Assembly (NCBI GenBank): GCA_963699545.1
Contig: CAVOUE010000011.1
Location: forward strand, 11,494-75,493
DNA length: 64,000 nucleotides
Origin: Nitrospirota bacterium
GTDB lineage: Bacteria > Nitrospirota > Thermodesulfovibrionia > Thermodesulfovibrionales > UBA9159
Direction: 5' to 3'
Part shown: positions 35,682 to 46,447 of the stretch, piece by piece
Numbering within the stretch: the stretch's first letter is position 1
Layout of the letters: every line of letters starts with the position of its first letter
The notes under the pieces: model-generated
Seen by the model: only the letters and a program-made list of their open reading frames with translations
Told to the model about the DNA's origin: nothing
The model's database searches: none
Position numbers and translations under genes: made by a program

Positions 35682-36214
35682 TTCACCTCTTTGGCAGGAA
35701 CGGGCCGTACACCGGGTCTGTCGTAGATAATGGAGGCGACCACCTCCAAAGCAAAGTCATTCAACGCCCTGTCGGTGGCCAACTCCTTCTGGGCCATAAC
35801 ATTCTGAAGACTTTCCGTACTGGAGAAGGAAACGATAAAAACCCCGCGTTGCCTCAATGCCCTGGCTTTGCCGGACGTGTCAATGAGCCTGAATTCCCCC
35901 CTAATGACCACTTCATATTCCACGGCCACCCCACCTTTTTCCGAAAGGGTATTTAATACAAAGGTGGTGATGTTTCCTTCGATCCTGTTCCCTGAACTGC
36001 CGTCGATGACAAAGCCGCTCCTCATCAATTCATTGTTGAGAGCTATCTGCATCCTGTCTTCCAGCCTCGGTTCAAAGGTCTTGTTTATGATCTTGCTGAC
36101 GTGTATGGCCTGAAAAGGGAGATCGGTTTTCCCGTGAATGGTATATCCGCACCCCGGCAAAAGAAGGAACGAGACGAAAATGAGCAACCATTGTTTACGA
36201 TAATTCAGAAGCAT
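35678..36214 (-). CDS. lptE: LPS assembly lipoprotein LptE
   Basis: Lipobox LPGCGY; position between leuS and holA. Confidence 0.8.
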   Translation of the reverse strand: MLLNYRKQWLLIFVSFLLLPGCGYTIHGKTDLPFQAIHVSKIINKTFEPRLEDRMQIALNNELMRSGFVIDGSSGNRIEGNITTFVLNTLSEKGGVAVEYEVVIRGEFRLIDTSGKARALRQRGVFIVSFSSTESLQNVMAQKELATDRALNDFALEVVASIIYDRPGVRPVPAKEVK

Positions 36215-36247
36215 ATATGCCTTTCATCGCCACGTGTATTCCCTTGG

Positions 36248-38844
36248 CTACAGCACGATGTTTACGAGTTTCCCTTTGACAATAAACATCTTCCTGATGG
36301 TCCTGTCCCCGAGAAATTCCCTGACCCTCGGATCATCCATCGTCCTCTGCTTTATTTCCTCATCCGGAAGCCCCTGAGGGACCATCATCTTTGCCCTCAC
36401 TTTTCCGTTCACCTGGACCACCAGTTCTATCTCCTCTTCCCTGGCGGTCTCCTCATCCCATTGAGGCCACTGCTGACTGAATATGCTCGGTTCGTTGCCC
36501 AGTGCCTCCCACAACTCTTCAGCAATGTGAGGGGAAAAAGGAGAAAGGAGCACAAGCGCCGTCTCCAGAGAATGCTTCAGGACATCCCGGTCCTCATCAC
36601 TTCGGGGTTGAAAGACCGAGAGTTCATTTACCAGCTCCATGAGGGCAGCAATAGCGGTATTGAAATGATACTCCCTTTCGATATCCGTGCTCACCCGCTT
36701 TATGGTCTGATGGGTCTTCCGCAAAAGACTCAAGGCATCAGGCGACAGGCTATGGGCTGCACGCGGATCAATTGCGTGTCCGTTCCCCGTAAGCCCTCGC
36801 CTCTTGCCGCTCGTCCTTTCGCGGTTCTTCTGTGCAATTCCCCATATCCTGTTCAGGAACCTGTAGGCTCCCTCAACTCCCTTATCCGCCCATTCCAGGT
36901 CCTTTTCAGGGGGTGCGGCGAAAAGCGAAAACAGCCGGGATGTATCAGCCCCGTACCGGCTGATAAGATGGTCGGGGTCCACCACATTCTTTTTTGATTT
37001 CGACATCTTCTCGACCCTTCCCCTCGCTACCTCCCTGCCGCAGCGCAGACACTTGTCATCCTTCGCCTCCTCCGGAAAAAGCCATCCGTGCTCGGGGCAT
37101 TTAAGGGTCTCCATGCATACCATCCCCTGGGTGAGCAGGTTCGTGAAAGGCTCATCGAAATCAAGGATGCCGACATCCCTTATGACCCGCGTGAAGAACC
37201 GGGAATAAAGGAGGTGCAGGACCGCGTGCTCAACGCCCCCTATGTACTGGTCCACCGGCATCCAGTAAGCGACATTATTCTTTGTCCAAGGCATCTTCGT
37301 CTTTTCTCGAACAGTACCGACAAAATACCAGGAGGAATCCACAAAGGTGTCCATGGTATCCGTCTCACGTCTCGCTTCTCCGCCGCACCGGGGACATGCG
37401 GTCTTCAGAAAATCCTCCGAATCAAGCAGGGGAGAACCGCCCTTGCCGGTGAACTTCACGTCTTCGGGAAGTATGACGGGAAGGTCTTTTTCAGCCACCG
37501 GGACGATGCCGCATGTGTCGCAATAGACCACCGGAATCGGGGTTCCCCAGTATCTCTGGCTCGATATGCCCCAGTCCCGGAGCTTGTAATTGATCACCCT
37601 CTTGCCGAGTCCTTTTTCTTCACAAACTTCCCTATCTCTGCCTTAGCGACTTCACTCTTCATGCCGCTGAATTTCCCGGAATTCACCAGAATACCCGTCA
37701 TCTTCATACGCCTCTTGTAGGGGCAACCCTTGTGGTTGCCCACTCTCCTGGGCAGGGACAAGCCCTGCCCCTACAATCTTTTCTTCCGGCACTATTACGA
37801 CCCGTATCGGAAGCCCGTATTTCTTCGCAAACTCAAAGTCCCGCTGGTCATGCGCAGGGACAGACATGATGGCGCCGGTACCGTATTCCATCAGGACGAA
37901 GTTCGCAACATAGATCGGTATCTTTTCGTTATTCATCGGGTTGATGCATAATGTCCGGTAAACAAACCCTCTTTCTCTTCCATCTTCCCGTACTTGGCCT
38001 TCATTGCGTTCAGTTTTTCCTTGTCGGTCACGAGTTTCTCTGAAAGGAGATGCCTCGGTGCAAGGCAGACAAAGGTCGCGCCCAAGAGGGTGTCGGGCCG
38101 GGTGGTAAATATCCTTATCTTCTCCTCCAGTCCGTCAATGGAGAAATCGACCTCAGCACCTTCACTCTTGCCGATCCAGTTCTTCTGCATCACCACGACC
38201 TTCTCAGGCCATCCGGTCAGCTTCTCACATCCTGCAAGGAGTTCTTCGGCATAATGGGTTATCCTGAGGAACCACTGTTCCAGCTCCTTCTGGATCACCA
38301 CACTGTCGCACCTCCAGCATTTCCCGTCAATCACCTGTTCGTTGGCAAGGACAGTCGCGCACGACCGGCACCAGTTGACATAGGAGGATTTCTTGTAGGC
38401 CAGGTTCCTCTCGAGCATCTTGATGAAAAACCACTGGTTCCACCGGTAATATTCAGGACTGCAGGTGGTTACCTCCCTGTCCCAGTCATAGCTGAGCCCC
38501 ATGCGCTGTCAACTGTTTCTTCATGTAGCCGATATTCTCGTATGTCCATTCGGAGGATGAACGCCCTGCTTTATGGCGGCGTTTTCGGCGGGAAGGCCAA
38601 AGGCGTCCCAGCCCATGGGATGAAGCACATTATATCCCCGCATGCTTTTATACCTGGCGATGACATCGCCGATGGCATAATTACGCACATGCCCCATATG
38701 GATCTTTCCGGAGGGATAGGGAAACATCTCAAGGCAATAGAATTTTTTCCTGGCAGCCTCCGTATCGGTCCGGTAAAGCCCCTTCTCAGCCCAGTATTTC
38801 TGCCATTTCAGCTCTACGCTCTGCGGGTTGTATCTCTCTTCCAA
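36248..38844 (-). CDS. leuS: Leucine--tRNA ligase (several apparent indels)
   Basis: [42 protein letters not shown]. Confidence 0.96.
37715..37776. repeat. GTAG-type REP doublet (REPIN-like) inside leuS
   Basis: TTGTAGGGGCA...TGCCCCTACAA terminal inverted repeat enclosing two GC hairpins. Confidence 0.8.
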
Positions 38845-38946
38845 TGTCCACCTTCCTCCTGTACGGCTCGCCGACAGAAAACATGTGAAAAAATACCATA
38901 AACCCCAGGCCCTTTACAAGAAAAGCGGCGGATATTCAAAAATAGG

Positions 38947-39113
38947 CATTTGTCATTTCGGCGAAAGTGGGTCACCTCAGCGACTCGTTCTCCTCGGCAA
39001 ATCCGCTCTCCCCGGCGAGTCGACCGAGGCGACCTGGGTGCGGACCGAGGCGGAATCCAGAAAGGCCTGGATCCCTGGTGATTCGCCTGAGACGGCCCGG
39101 AATGACGGAAATG
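38947..39113. repeat. Palindromic REP/MITE-like element (GTCATT.CGG...GGAATCCAG/CTGGAT...CCGGAATGAC) with a nested insert
   Basis: Paired ends catttgtcatttcgg / ccggaatgacggaaatg and several internal stems. Confidence 0.6.
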
Positions 39114-39159
39114 TTTTGTATGACTCCATATCAATGACCTTACGCATAACGCAAGGCTT

Positions 39160-40062
39160 TCATCGGATGTGCGCGCCGTAAATCGAATAAACAAAGTGTC
39201 CCGTGACGGTCAGATCGTCCTTGCCCCACTCGTCAGGCAATGGCCAGTAAGGCTCACCCTCTTTCAGTGCTTGCATCGCCGCCTGATCAAGACTTCTGTG
39301 TCCCGATGTCCTCACCAGCTCCACATCGCTCAGCCTGCCATTTTTTGTTATAGTGAACCGTATTACGAGATCGCCGTATATCCCCCTCATTGCAGCATCA
39401 GCAGGGTAATGCCAGATCCGTTCGATCCGGTTCTTTAATCGCAGCATGTAGGTTTCGTACTTGAATTCCCTTGTATCAAAGGTGATGCTGTTGTCGTGCC
39501 TGCTCTCTTCTCTCTTTGCATATTTCTCCACGATCTCCCTGTCGAATAACTTCTCCTTAAGCGATGGGGAAGGCGCTCCTGCGGAACCCCTCTGTGCACT
39601 GGGTGCACCGCCCCCCCTCGGCACGCTCGCTCCGGGTGCGGCAGGAGAAGCCTCCTGCCCCGCAACTTCCTTATCCCCCAGCCCTCTGGCAACGCTCTCC
39701 GGAGCCAGCCCCTCTTCGGCTTCTCTCTGCCCGGGTTTCAGAGAAGGGGAAGGAGCAGGAGGGATCTCTCTGCGTGGTGTGGCGGGCTGAGCTGTGCGCG
39801 GGACCGAAGGCGCAGGCCGAGATGGCCGCAACCGTAACCCTTCTCCTCGAGGCCTCCCTCCAGAAGGCTCAGGCGGGAACGCCCTGCTCAGTTCCTCCGG
39901 ACTGACAAGTCTGGTCACAAAAGGAGCCGTTGATTCCTTTTTTGCCTGGGGGACATAGAAGATCACTACCACCGCCAGAACGTGTATGATCAGGGAAAAT
40001 GTCAGCGACAGTTTCCATTGGGGGGCTTTGTAGCTTTGTCTCTCTAAGAAGAAGAATTTCAT
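39160..40062 (-). CDS. TonB-family protein (TM anchor, Pro-rich linker, TonB-C domain)
   Basis: SLIIH anchor, Pro-rich stretch, IERIWHYP..RTSG..LDQAA. Confidence 0.85.
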   Translation of the reverse strand: MKFFFLERQSYKAPQWKLSLTFSLIIHVLAVVVIFYVPQAKKESTAPFVTRLVSPEELSRAFPPEPSGGRPRGEGLRLRPSRPAPSVPRTAQPATPRREIPPAPSPSLKPGQREAEEGLAPESVARGLGDKEVAGQEASPAAPGASVPRGGGAPSAQRGSAGAPSPSLKEKLFDREIVEKYAKREESRHDNSITFDTREFKYETYMLRLKNRIERIWHYPADAAMRGIYGDLVIRFTITKNGRLSDVELVRTSGHRSLDQAAMQALKEGEPYWPLPDEWGKDDLTVTGHFVYSIYGAHIR

Positions 40063-40091
40063 TTCCGGCCCCGAATCATCGGTGAGAGCTC

Positions 40092-41192
40092 TTAGCTCAG
40101 GAATCTCCTGAAGACGTTGACATAGGAAAGAAGGCTTTCCTTGCTCAGATCCTTTCTTAACCAGAGGGCCAGGGATATGTCACGGACTTCCGGCCTTTTA
40201 TGCACCTGGACGATCTTTTCTGCCCGGCGGTCGCTCTTCAGAAAATACGCCCAGAGTTTTTTCATAAGGGAGAACCGCTTCTGAAACCGCTGTTCCCACA
40301 GCCTTTTATAGTCTCCTGTCTTGCCCGCGAGCACAGCCTTTGCCGCATACTCTCCCGACTTCATGGCATAATAGATGCCTTCACAGGTAAAGGGCATTAC
40401 CTGGCCTGCGGCATCCCCCACAAAAAGAATCCTCCCTGAATGATAGAAATCTCCCTGCCATAACGGTATCCTGTATCCCCTTAAGGGACCCTCTGATTTC
40501 AGCCCTCTCCTCACCAGAAACCGCTGCCACAGGCCCTTTATTTCGGCATGCCCAAAGGCCCCGGTACCTGCCGAAACTCCCTCCTTTTGCGGAAATACCC
40601 ACGAATAACACCGGGGGGCATGGGATGAGCCAAACCAGAATTCACATGCATCGCTTTCCTCGTCCTTCATCTTTTCGGAAACGGTAAGGACCGATGGAGA
40701 CGGCTTGATGTTCAGCGCGGATCTCACCCTTGAGTTGACGCCGTCCGCAGCGATCACATAATCTGCCTGTACCGTCATGAGATGAGGAGGCTGACCCAGC
40801 GTCAATTGCGCGGTCACCGTCCTTCCCACATCCTCAAAATGTCTAAATTCCGCTTCAAGGAGACGCGCTCCTGATCTTTCCGCCTCAGTCCTCATGACAC
40901 GGTCAAAATCACCTCTCTCTACAATGGCGATGGAGCCTCCATCGAGTTGCACATCTAGGGTATCTCCCCCGGGAGAGACGACCCTCAAAGCGTGGATATG
41001 CTTCCTCACCGTCGTCTCAGGTATTCCCACCTCGGGGAAGACAGTTGACGGGATACCCCCTCCACACGGTTTTACAAAGCAGACGTCTCTCTCCGCAAGG
41101 AGGGTATCCATACCGTGCGCGGCCAGGAACCGCGCTGCGGCCGAACCCGCCGGGCCTCCTCCAACGACCAAGACCTGCGTCCTGAGCATCAT
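40092..41192 (-). CDS. Geranylgeranyl reductase family flavoprotein
   Basis: VVGGGPAG, KPCGGG, AADGVNS, YSWVFP, VGDAAG..EGIYYA. Confidence 0.85.
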   Translation of the reverse strand: MMLRTQVLVVGGGPAGSAAARFLAAHGMDTLLAERDVCFVKPCGGGIPSTVFPEVGIPETTVRKHIHALRVVSPGGDTLDVQLDGGSIAIVERGDFDRVMRTEAERSGARLLEAEFRHFEDVGRTVTAQLTLGQPPHLMTVQADYVIAADGVNSRVRSALNIKPSPSVLTVSEKMKDEESDACEFWFGSSHAPRCYSWVFPQKEGVSAGTGAFGHAEIKGLWQRFLVRRGLKSEGPLRGYRIPLWQGDFYHSGRILFVGDAAGQVMPFTCEGIYYAMKSGEYAAKAVLAGKTGDYKRLWEQRFQKRFSLMKKLWAYFLKSDRRAEKIVQVHKRPEVRDISLALWLRKDLSKESLLSYVNVFRRFLS

Positions 41193-41326
41193 GTGACCAC
41201 ACCAGGTGCGGTTGCCATTTAATATCTCTTGCAGAACATAGAGGAAAATCCTCCGATCCCTTTTCCCGGCAATGGTTTTTCTCCAGAGTGATTCACTCCC
41301 CCGGCTTCCACACTAATACGACAGCA

Positions 41327-41836
41327 TCAGTTCAGGAAACCCGGGGGGAAGGGGCAGTAGATCCTTGCTCGTTTTGAGGTATTCTTATTGATAAAATGGG
41401 CTGAGACCTTAAAGAAGAAATCTCCCGCTGAACCGGAAATGGTGCCATCCCTGTTCTCGCCCCACCCTACGGTCTTTTCGTTATTATTAATGGCGATAAT
41501 GAGATAAATGAGACCCTGTTTCATCCCTTCGATGTCCTCTTCACTGGGGAACGGGAGCCCCTTGGTGGGGCCGAACTGGGTGTGGGAATGAAAGTCGCCG
41601 ATGATCTGCAGCTTTTCGAACTTGTCAAGGATAGGTTCTATCTTCTTATGGTTCTTTTCGTGGACCACAACACCCTTGTGCCGCCTGGTTGCCGTCTGAA
41701 AGCTGAAGGCGTGCTCCACGATGAACCTGTCCTCAAGCCGGTACCCGAGCAGATATCCGAGGCATTCTCTCCTGTAGACCTCAGCGGAACTGAGGAGGAT
41801 ATCGATAAATGCATTTTCAGAGAGATAGACCCTCAT
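41327..41836 (-). CDS. JAB/MPN (JAMM) metalloprotease domain protein
   Basis: E..G.LLG then GDFHSH..PS.ED. Confidence 0.75.
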   Translation of the reverse strand: MRVYLSENAFIDILLSSAEVYRRECLGYLLGYRLEDRFIVEHAFSFQTATRRHKGVVVHEKNHKKIEPILDKFEKLQIIGDFHSHTQFGPTKGLPFPSEEDIEGMKQGLIYLIIAINNNEKTVGWGENRDGTISGSAGDFFFKVSAHFINKNTSKRARIYCPFPPGFLN

Positions 41837-41865
41837 GACACTCTTTGAAAAACGTCCATTATTTT

Positions 41866-42330
41866 CTATTGCCCCTTTTCTTCCTTCTGCGGGGGAACCC
41901 CCACAGTGAGAACGGCGCAGGGTGCGTGCCTTACTACCCTCTCCGCTGTGCTGCCGAAGATCACACGGTCCAGTCCCTTCCTGCTGTGGGTCCCCATAAT
42001 GATCATGTCGATCTTGTTCTCCTCGGCAAACTTCAATATCTCCTCGTGAGGCACTCCTTTTAATACCATATACTCAATATCCTTGTATCCTCTGAGGTCT
42101 TCGACGCAGCATTTCTCTATTTCCTTCAAGGCATTGGAGGCAATATCCCTGTAAAGTTCGTCCATGCTTATGTGGGGAACATACCATCCCGTAGCCCGCG
42201 CCACATCATACATGACATGGACAACGTACAGCTTTGCTCCGTAGTGCTTTGTCAGGTCAGCCACAAAGGGCACTGCATGTGCAGAACCTTCAGAAATGTC
42301 GGTGGGAAAAAGAATCCTTTTGATCTCCAT
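41866..42330 (-). CDS. Universal stress protein
   Basis: ILFPTD, MIIMGTHSRKG..FGSTAERVVRHAPCAVL. Confidence 0.93.
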   Translation of the reverse strand: MEIKRILFPTDISEGSAHAVPFVADLTKHYGAKLYVVHVMYDVARATGWYVPHISMDELYRDIASNALKEIEKCCVEDLRGYKDIEYMVLKGVPHEEILKFAEENKIDMIIMGTHSRKGLDRVIFGSTAERVVRHAPCAVLTVGVPPQKEEKGQ

Positions 42331-42331
42331 A

Positions 42332-43324
42332 TCAAGCCTCCCTCAAATATTTTGCTGCATCCTCAGGGGATGTTGTCAAGACATAAAAATCCGAACCCCA
42401 CTCGAAACCGCTCATCATGACAAGGCGGGGCATTATCTCTATGTGCCAGTGGAAATCGTCGCCCAGGGTATGCCAGTGATTGCGCCTCGGGATCCTGTTC
42501 GGCGCCGTGTGGATAACGTAATTGTACGGAGAATCTCCGAGGGTGCGGCGCATCTTCTTCAGAACCGTGAAAAGCATGAGACTGAGGTCCTCCATTTCGT
42601 TGTCCGTGATGTCCTGGAAAGCGCACCCATGTCTCTTCGGCAATATCCAGGACTCAAAGGGAAACTTCGGGGCAAAGGGGCTGAAAGTGAAAAAATCCCT
42701 GGTTTCGAACACAACCCTCTCACCCACTCTCAGTTCCTCCCTCATGATATCACAGAAGATACAGCGTTCCTTGTACTCGTAGTATTGTTTTGCGCCGTCA
42801 AGCTCTTCCTTAATGAGTTTGGGGATTATGGGCGTCGCCATCAGCTCCGAATGGGGATGGTTATAAGCGGCACCTGCGCCCTTCCCCGAATTCTTGAATA
42901 TCAGGATATAGCGCAACCGCTGATCCTTTTCCAGGTCCGCAACCCTGTCCCGGTACAACCGTATGATCCGCAGCATCTGATCGACCCCTATATCTTCCGG
43001 CTGCCTGCTGTGCTCAGGGCTGTCGACGATGATCTCATTGGCACCAACGCTGTTCATCTTGTCATAGATCCCGAGACCTTTCCTGCCGAGATCGCCCTCC
43101 ACATGCAATATGGGCTTGAAGTTGGGAATTACCCTTGTCCACCACCTGCCCCCCTCCCTTACGGCAACGATCTCCGGAGGCGTCTCCCCCTCTCTTCCGG
43201 GACACAGGACGCACGAAGTCTCTTTTGAATCTTCGGCATGCGACCGGTAATCGTCAGGCGGCTTTGAATCGCTCATCACCGCAACCCATCTGCCTGATAA
43301 AGGGTCTTTTCTCAATTCATGCAT
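42332..43324 (-). CDS. galT: Galactose-1-phosphate uridylyltransferase family (HIT-like)
   Basis: ELRKDP, CVLCPG, FKNSG..HPHS, HWHIEI.PRL..GFEWG. Confidence 0.85.
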   Translation of the reverse strand: MHELRKDPLSGRWVAVMSDSKPPDDYRSHAEDSKETSCVLCPGREGETPPEIVAVREGGRWWTRVIPNFKPILHVEGDLGRKGLGIYDKMNSVGANEIIVDSPEHSRQPEDIGVDQMLRIIRLYRDRVADLEKDQRLRYILIFKNSGKGAGAAYNHPHSELMATPIIPKLIKEELDGAKQYYEYKERCIFCDIMREELRVGERVVFETRDFFTFSPFAPKFPFESWILPKRHGCAFQDITDNEMEDLSLMLFTVLKKMRRTLGDSPYNYVIHTAPNRIPRRNHWHTLGDDFHWHIEIMPRLVMMSGFEWGSDFYVLTTSPEDAAKYLREA

Positions 43325-44109
43325 CAGGCATTCCTCTCGTGAATCAATCGCAATCCCCTGAGGGTCAGGTCAGGATCCAGGAAACACTCCCTTTCCATGT
43401 GACGCACTGTCATGGATGAATATCCCCCGGTGGCGACGACCTTGAACCCGCACCCTTCCTCTGTTTCAATACCGCGGATAATCCTCTCCACCGCCCCTGC
43501 GGTCCCATATATCATACCAGAAATCATGCATGCAGTCGTGTTTTTCCCCAAGGCAGTCACAGAAGAGATCAAACCCCCTGTTTTCGCAGTAAAATCAACG
43601 GCAGGAAGCTTCGCGGTGCCCTTGTGCATGGCTTCTCCCATGAGCCGTATCCCTGGCAATATAGCTCCCCCGAGGAAACGGCCGTCTCTGACAGCACTAA
43701 TGGTTGTTGCGGTGCCAAAGTCAACCACCGCCACCGGAGATCCCACAGCGTCCAGAGCAGCCACAGCATTGGCGATCCTGTCGGAACCGACCTCGTCCGG
43801 CCTTTCAAGGTCAAAGGTGAGCCCTGACTTCAAGGAATGAGCCACGATCAAGGGTTCCGGGGTACTCATGTCCCTCACGGAACGGGCAATGCCATCCGTA
43901 AGTTCCGGCACAACCGAAGATAGTACAACTCCGTCAAGGGGTTTCTCCACTCTTTCCTTCGCCAGGAACGCCTCAATTTCGCCCCTGTAGTGGGCGGGAT
44001 CACGCAGGGTGCGGGTTGGGATATCGATCCGGCAAAAGAGACGCTTACCGGCAAAAATACCTGTAACTATTGAAGAATTCCCGATATCTATGACGAGAAG
44101 CATCCCCAT
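43324..44109 (-). CDS. coaX: Type III pantothenate kinase
   Basis: IDIGNS, SSVVP, GSDR, VDFGTATT, GGAILPG, ATGG. Confidence 0.92.
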   Translation of the reverse strand: MGMLLVIDIGNSSIVTGIFAGKRLFCRIDIPTRTLRDPAHYRGEIEAFLAKERVEKPLDGVVLSSVVPELTDGIARSVRDMSTPEPLIVAHSLKSGLTFDLERPDEVGSDRIANAVAALDAVGSPVAVVDFGTATTISAVRDGRFLGGAILPGIRLMGEAMHKGTAKLPAVDFTAKTGGLISSVTALGKNTTACMISGMIYGTAGAVERIIRGIETEEGCGFKVVATGGYSSMTVRHMERECFLDPDLTLRGLRLIHERNA

Positions 44110-44114
44110 GTGCT

Positions 44115-44922
44115 CTACCGGAGCATCGTGACGTCCCCGGCGCTTAACACCTTCCGGATCCCCGAGGGCAATCGTACAATCAATCTTCCTTCTTCATCAA
44201 CGGTCTCAGCAATACCTTCAAACGATCCGCCGGCCTCGGTAACCCTCACATTTCTCCTCAAAGTGTGAGAGAGACGTTCTCCATTCTGTAAGAATCCGCC
44301 CCCTGTCCCCCTGCGACAGTTCGTCATACCAGAGCCTTAACTCACAAAGGATGCCGGAGATGAGTCCATTTCTTAAGATTTTTCTTCCGGTCTCGATCCG
44401 CAGAGAAGTTGCAGTAGTGCTCAGTTCCGGGGAAAGGTCAGAACCCCGTGCATTCAGGTTGATCCCGATTCCCACCACCGCAAAGAGGATTCTCGGTCCC
44501 CTGGACTTCATTTCTGTAAGGATGCCACCAAGCTTCTTGCCGGACACCATAAGGTCATTGGGCCACTTGATCTCGACCTGAAGACCGGTGGCCTCCCTCA
44601 GTGCCCGTACACATGCAACACCCGCCGTCATGGTCAGCAGGGCTGCCTCTGCCGGCGTGACGGTCGGTTTGAGCAGAACGCTCATGAAAATATTTCCGGA
44701 TGGAGATACCCATTCCCGTCCGAGCCTTCCCCTTCCCTTTGTCTGGCGATCAGCCACCACAACTGTCCCGTGGGGTGCGTCTTTTTCTCCCATCTCCATG
44801 GCAACGGTATTTGTGGAATCCACCGTGTCCATGGAGATTACATTCCAGCCTGGAGGGACGTCCAGCGGCGTTTTTATCCGACCCACGCAGCCTCCCTGTG
44901 CCCCGAGGAAATACCGTTTCAC
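44115..44922 (-). CDS. birA: Biotin--protein ligase (frameshift near 44330; start uncertain)
   Basis: DSTN, QTKGRGRLGREW, KWPND, KLGGIL, GIGIN, SAGDV. Confidence 0.9.
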
Positions 44923-44934
44923 CGGGATGCGGAC

Positions 44935-45681
44935 CTATTCCTCAGGGAGAATCGCCACTTCGATCTTCCCCTTCAGACCATCAGCAAATTTCTCGGCATC
45001 ACTCTTCGAGCCAACGATCGAGCCATAATGCATCGGGATCGCCACCTTCGGTTTGATGTCCAACGCTGCCCGGATCGCCTCTTCTGCGGTCATGACATAG
45101 GTGCCGGAGACAGGCAGGAGTGCGATATCCGCCCTGAAGGTCTTCATTTCAGGGATATAATCCGTATCCCCCGCGATGTATATCCGCTGACCCTTCACCG
45201 TAAAGATATACCCTACCCATCCCTTGTCTTTTGTGTGGAATTGTTTGTTGGTATTGTAAGAGGGCACCGCCTCGATATCGATTCCGGCGACATTGATGGT
45301 GTCTCCCGCTTTGACAACCTTGATATTCCCTGACAATTTCTTAGCACAGTCTGCCGGACAGATAATGATCGTATCCTGTCCCTGTATCTTCTTCACGTCA
45401 TCGGGGGAGCAGTGATCATAGTGCTCGTGGGTGACGAGGATGATGTCAGCCTTATCTTTTTTCTTGATCTTGAAGGGATCGGTATAGATCACTTTATCCC
45501 CCGCAACTTTGAACGTATCATGTCCGAGCCAGTGGATGTTCTTAACCATCTCTTTTGCCTCCTTTTCACCTGCCGGCAGCCCCGCAGGTGTCAATGTCAG
45601 TGTCAGGAAGAGGATAAAACACGCTGGAAATCCTTTAGATATGATTTTGTCCCTCCTTGCAGACCGTACTATGTTTCTCAT
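44935..45681 (-). CDS. Metallo-beta-lactamase fold hydrolase (start uncertain)
   Basis: WLGH, THEHYDH, AGDT, IPMHYG. Confidence 0.85.
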   Translation of the reverse strand: MRNIVRSARRDKIISKGFPACFILFLTLTLTPAGLPAGEKEAKEMVKNIHWLGHDTFKVAGDKVIYTDPFKIKKKDKADIILVTHEHYDHCSPDDVKKIQGQDTIIICPADCAKKLSGNIKVVKAGDTINVAGIDIEAVPSYNTNKQFHTKDKGWVGYIFTVKGQRIYIAGDTDYIPEMKTFRADIALLPVSGTYVMTAEEAIRAALDIKPKVAIPMHYGSIVGSKSDAEKFADGLKGKIEVAILPEE

Positions 45682-45921
45682 CCTGCTATTCACAAAGTAT
45701 AGCACAAGATGGCCTGGCTGCCATTGCAGAACGTTCCTGGGAATGTGCCCGATTTTCCGGACCGGAAAAGGGGTTAACAGGCGCTCGAAATCAGCTCTGG
45801 TTCGCGCTGGGAATTTACCCATTCGACGCGTGCACAGTGAGCTGAAACAAACAGTTGCAACCTTTCTCAGAATGCTATACACTTCAATCAGAAATCATGA
45901 AAGACGAGAGGGGGGATCTTA

Positions 45922-46089
45922 ATGCCTGCCTACGAATATGCCTGCAAAGATTGCGGGAAAGAGTTCACAGTTTTTCTCTCCATAAAGGAATATGAAGCTC
46001 ACCCAAAGATCAAGTGTCCACACTGCACAAGTGATAATGTGGAAAGGACAATTACAGGTTTCTTTGCAAAGACAAGCAAAAAGTCATAG
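45922..46089 (+). CDS. FmdB-family zinc ribbon protein, 55 aa (not in ORF track)
   Basis: MPAYEYACKDCG..KCPHC..KTSKKS; purine-rich SD. Confidence 0.85.
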   Translation: MPAYEYACKDCGKEFTVFLSIKEYEAHPKIKCPHCTSDNVERTITGFFAKTSKKS

Positions 46090-46249
46090 ATTTCAATTAT
46101 CTCATCTTTTCTAATAAGGTATCAATAACTTCCTCCTACCGATAAATATGCTATAAAGAGAGAAAGATCGGTAAGGCAGGAGAACGTAATTCTTCCTGGG
46201 TCACAGAGCCCTGATTACAGTCTGTTCCCTGCATGAGAGGCCATTTGGA

Positions 46250-46447
46250 TCATTTTTTGATCCGGGCTCGCCTGAGCTTTGCGGCTTCAAGTATCTTTCG
46301 TCTCATAAGGTTGTCGGCATCGGGCCATGAAACGATCTCATCAATGCTACGATAGCACTCTGGACAGATTTTGTTCTGATCGAGAGAACACCTCTTAATG
46401 CAAGGTGATTTCACCTCACCTTTTTTTTCATTTTGTGATTTCTTCAC
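46250..46447 (-). CDS. DUF1289 small Cys-rich protein
   Basis: SPCIKRCSLD..CPECYRSIDEIVSW. Confidence 0.8.
   Translation of the reverse strand: MKKSQNEKKGEVKSPCIKRCSLDQNKICPECYRSIDEIVSWPDADNLMRRKILEAAKLRRARIKK

Noticed and set aside
38947-39113. T-box, 6S RNA or riboswitch for leuS
   Set aside because: No T-box consensus or specifier loop and no 6S-like central bubble recognised; ends match a palindromic repeat.
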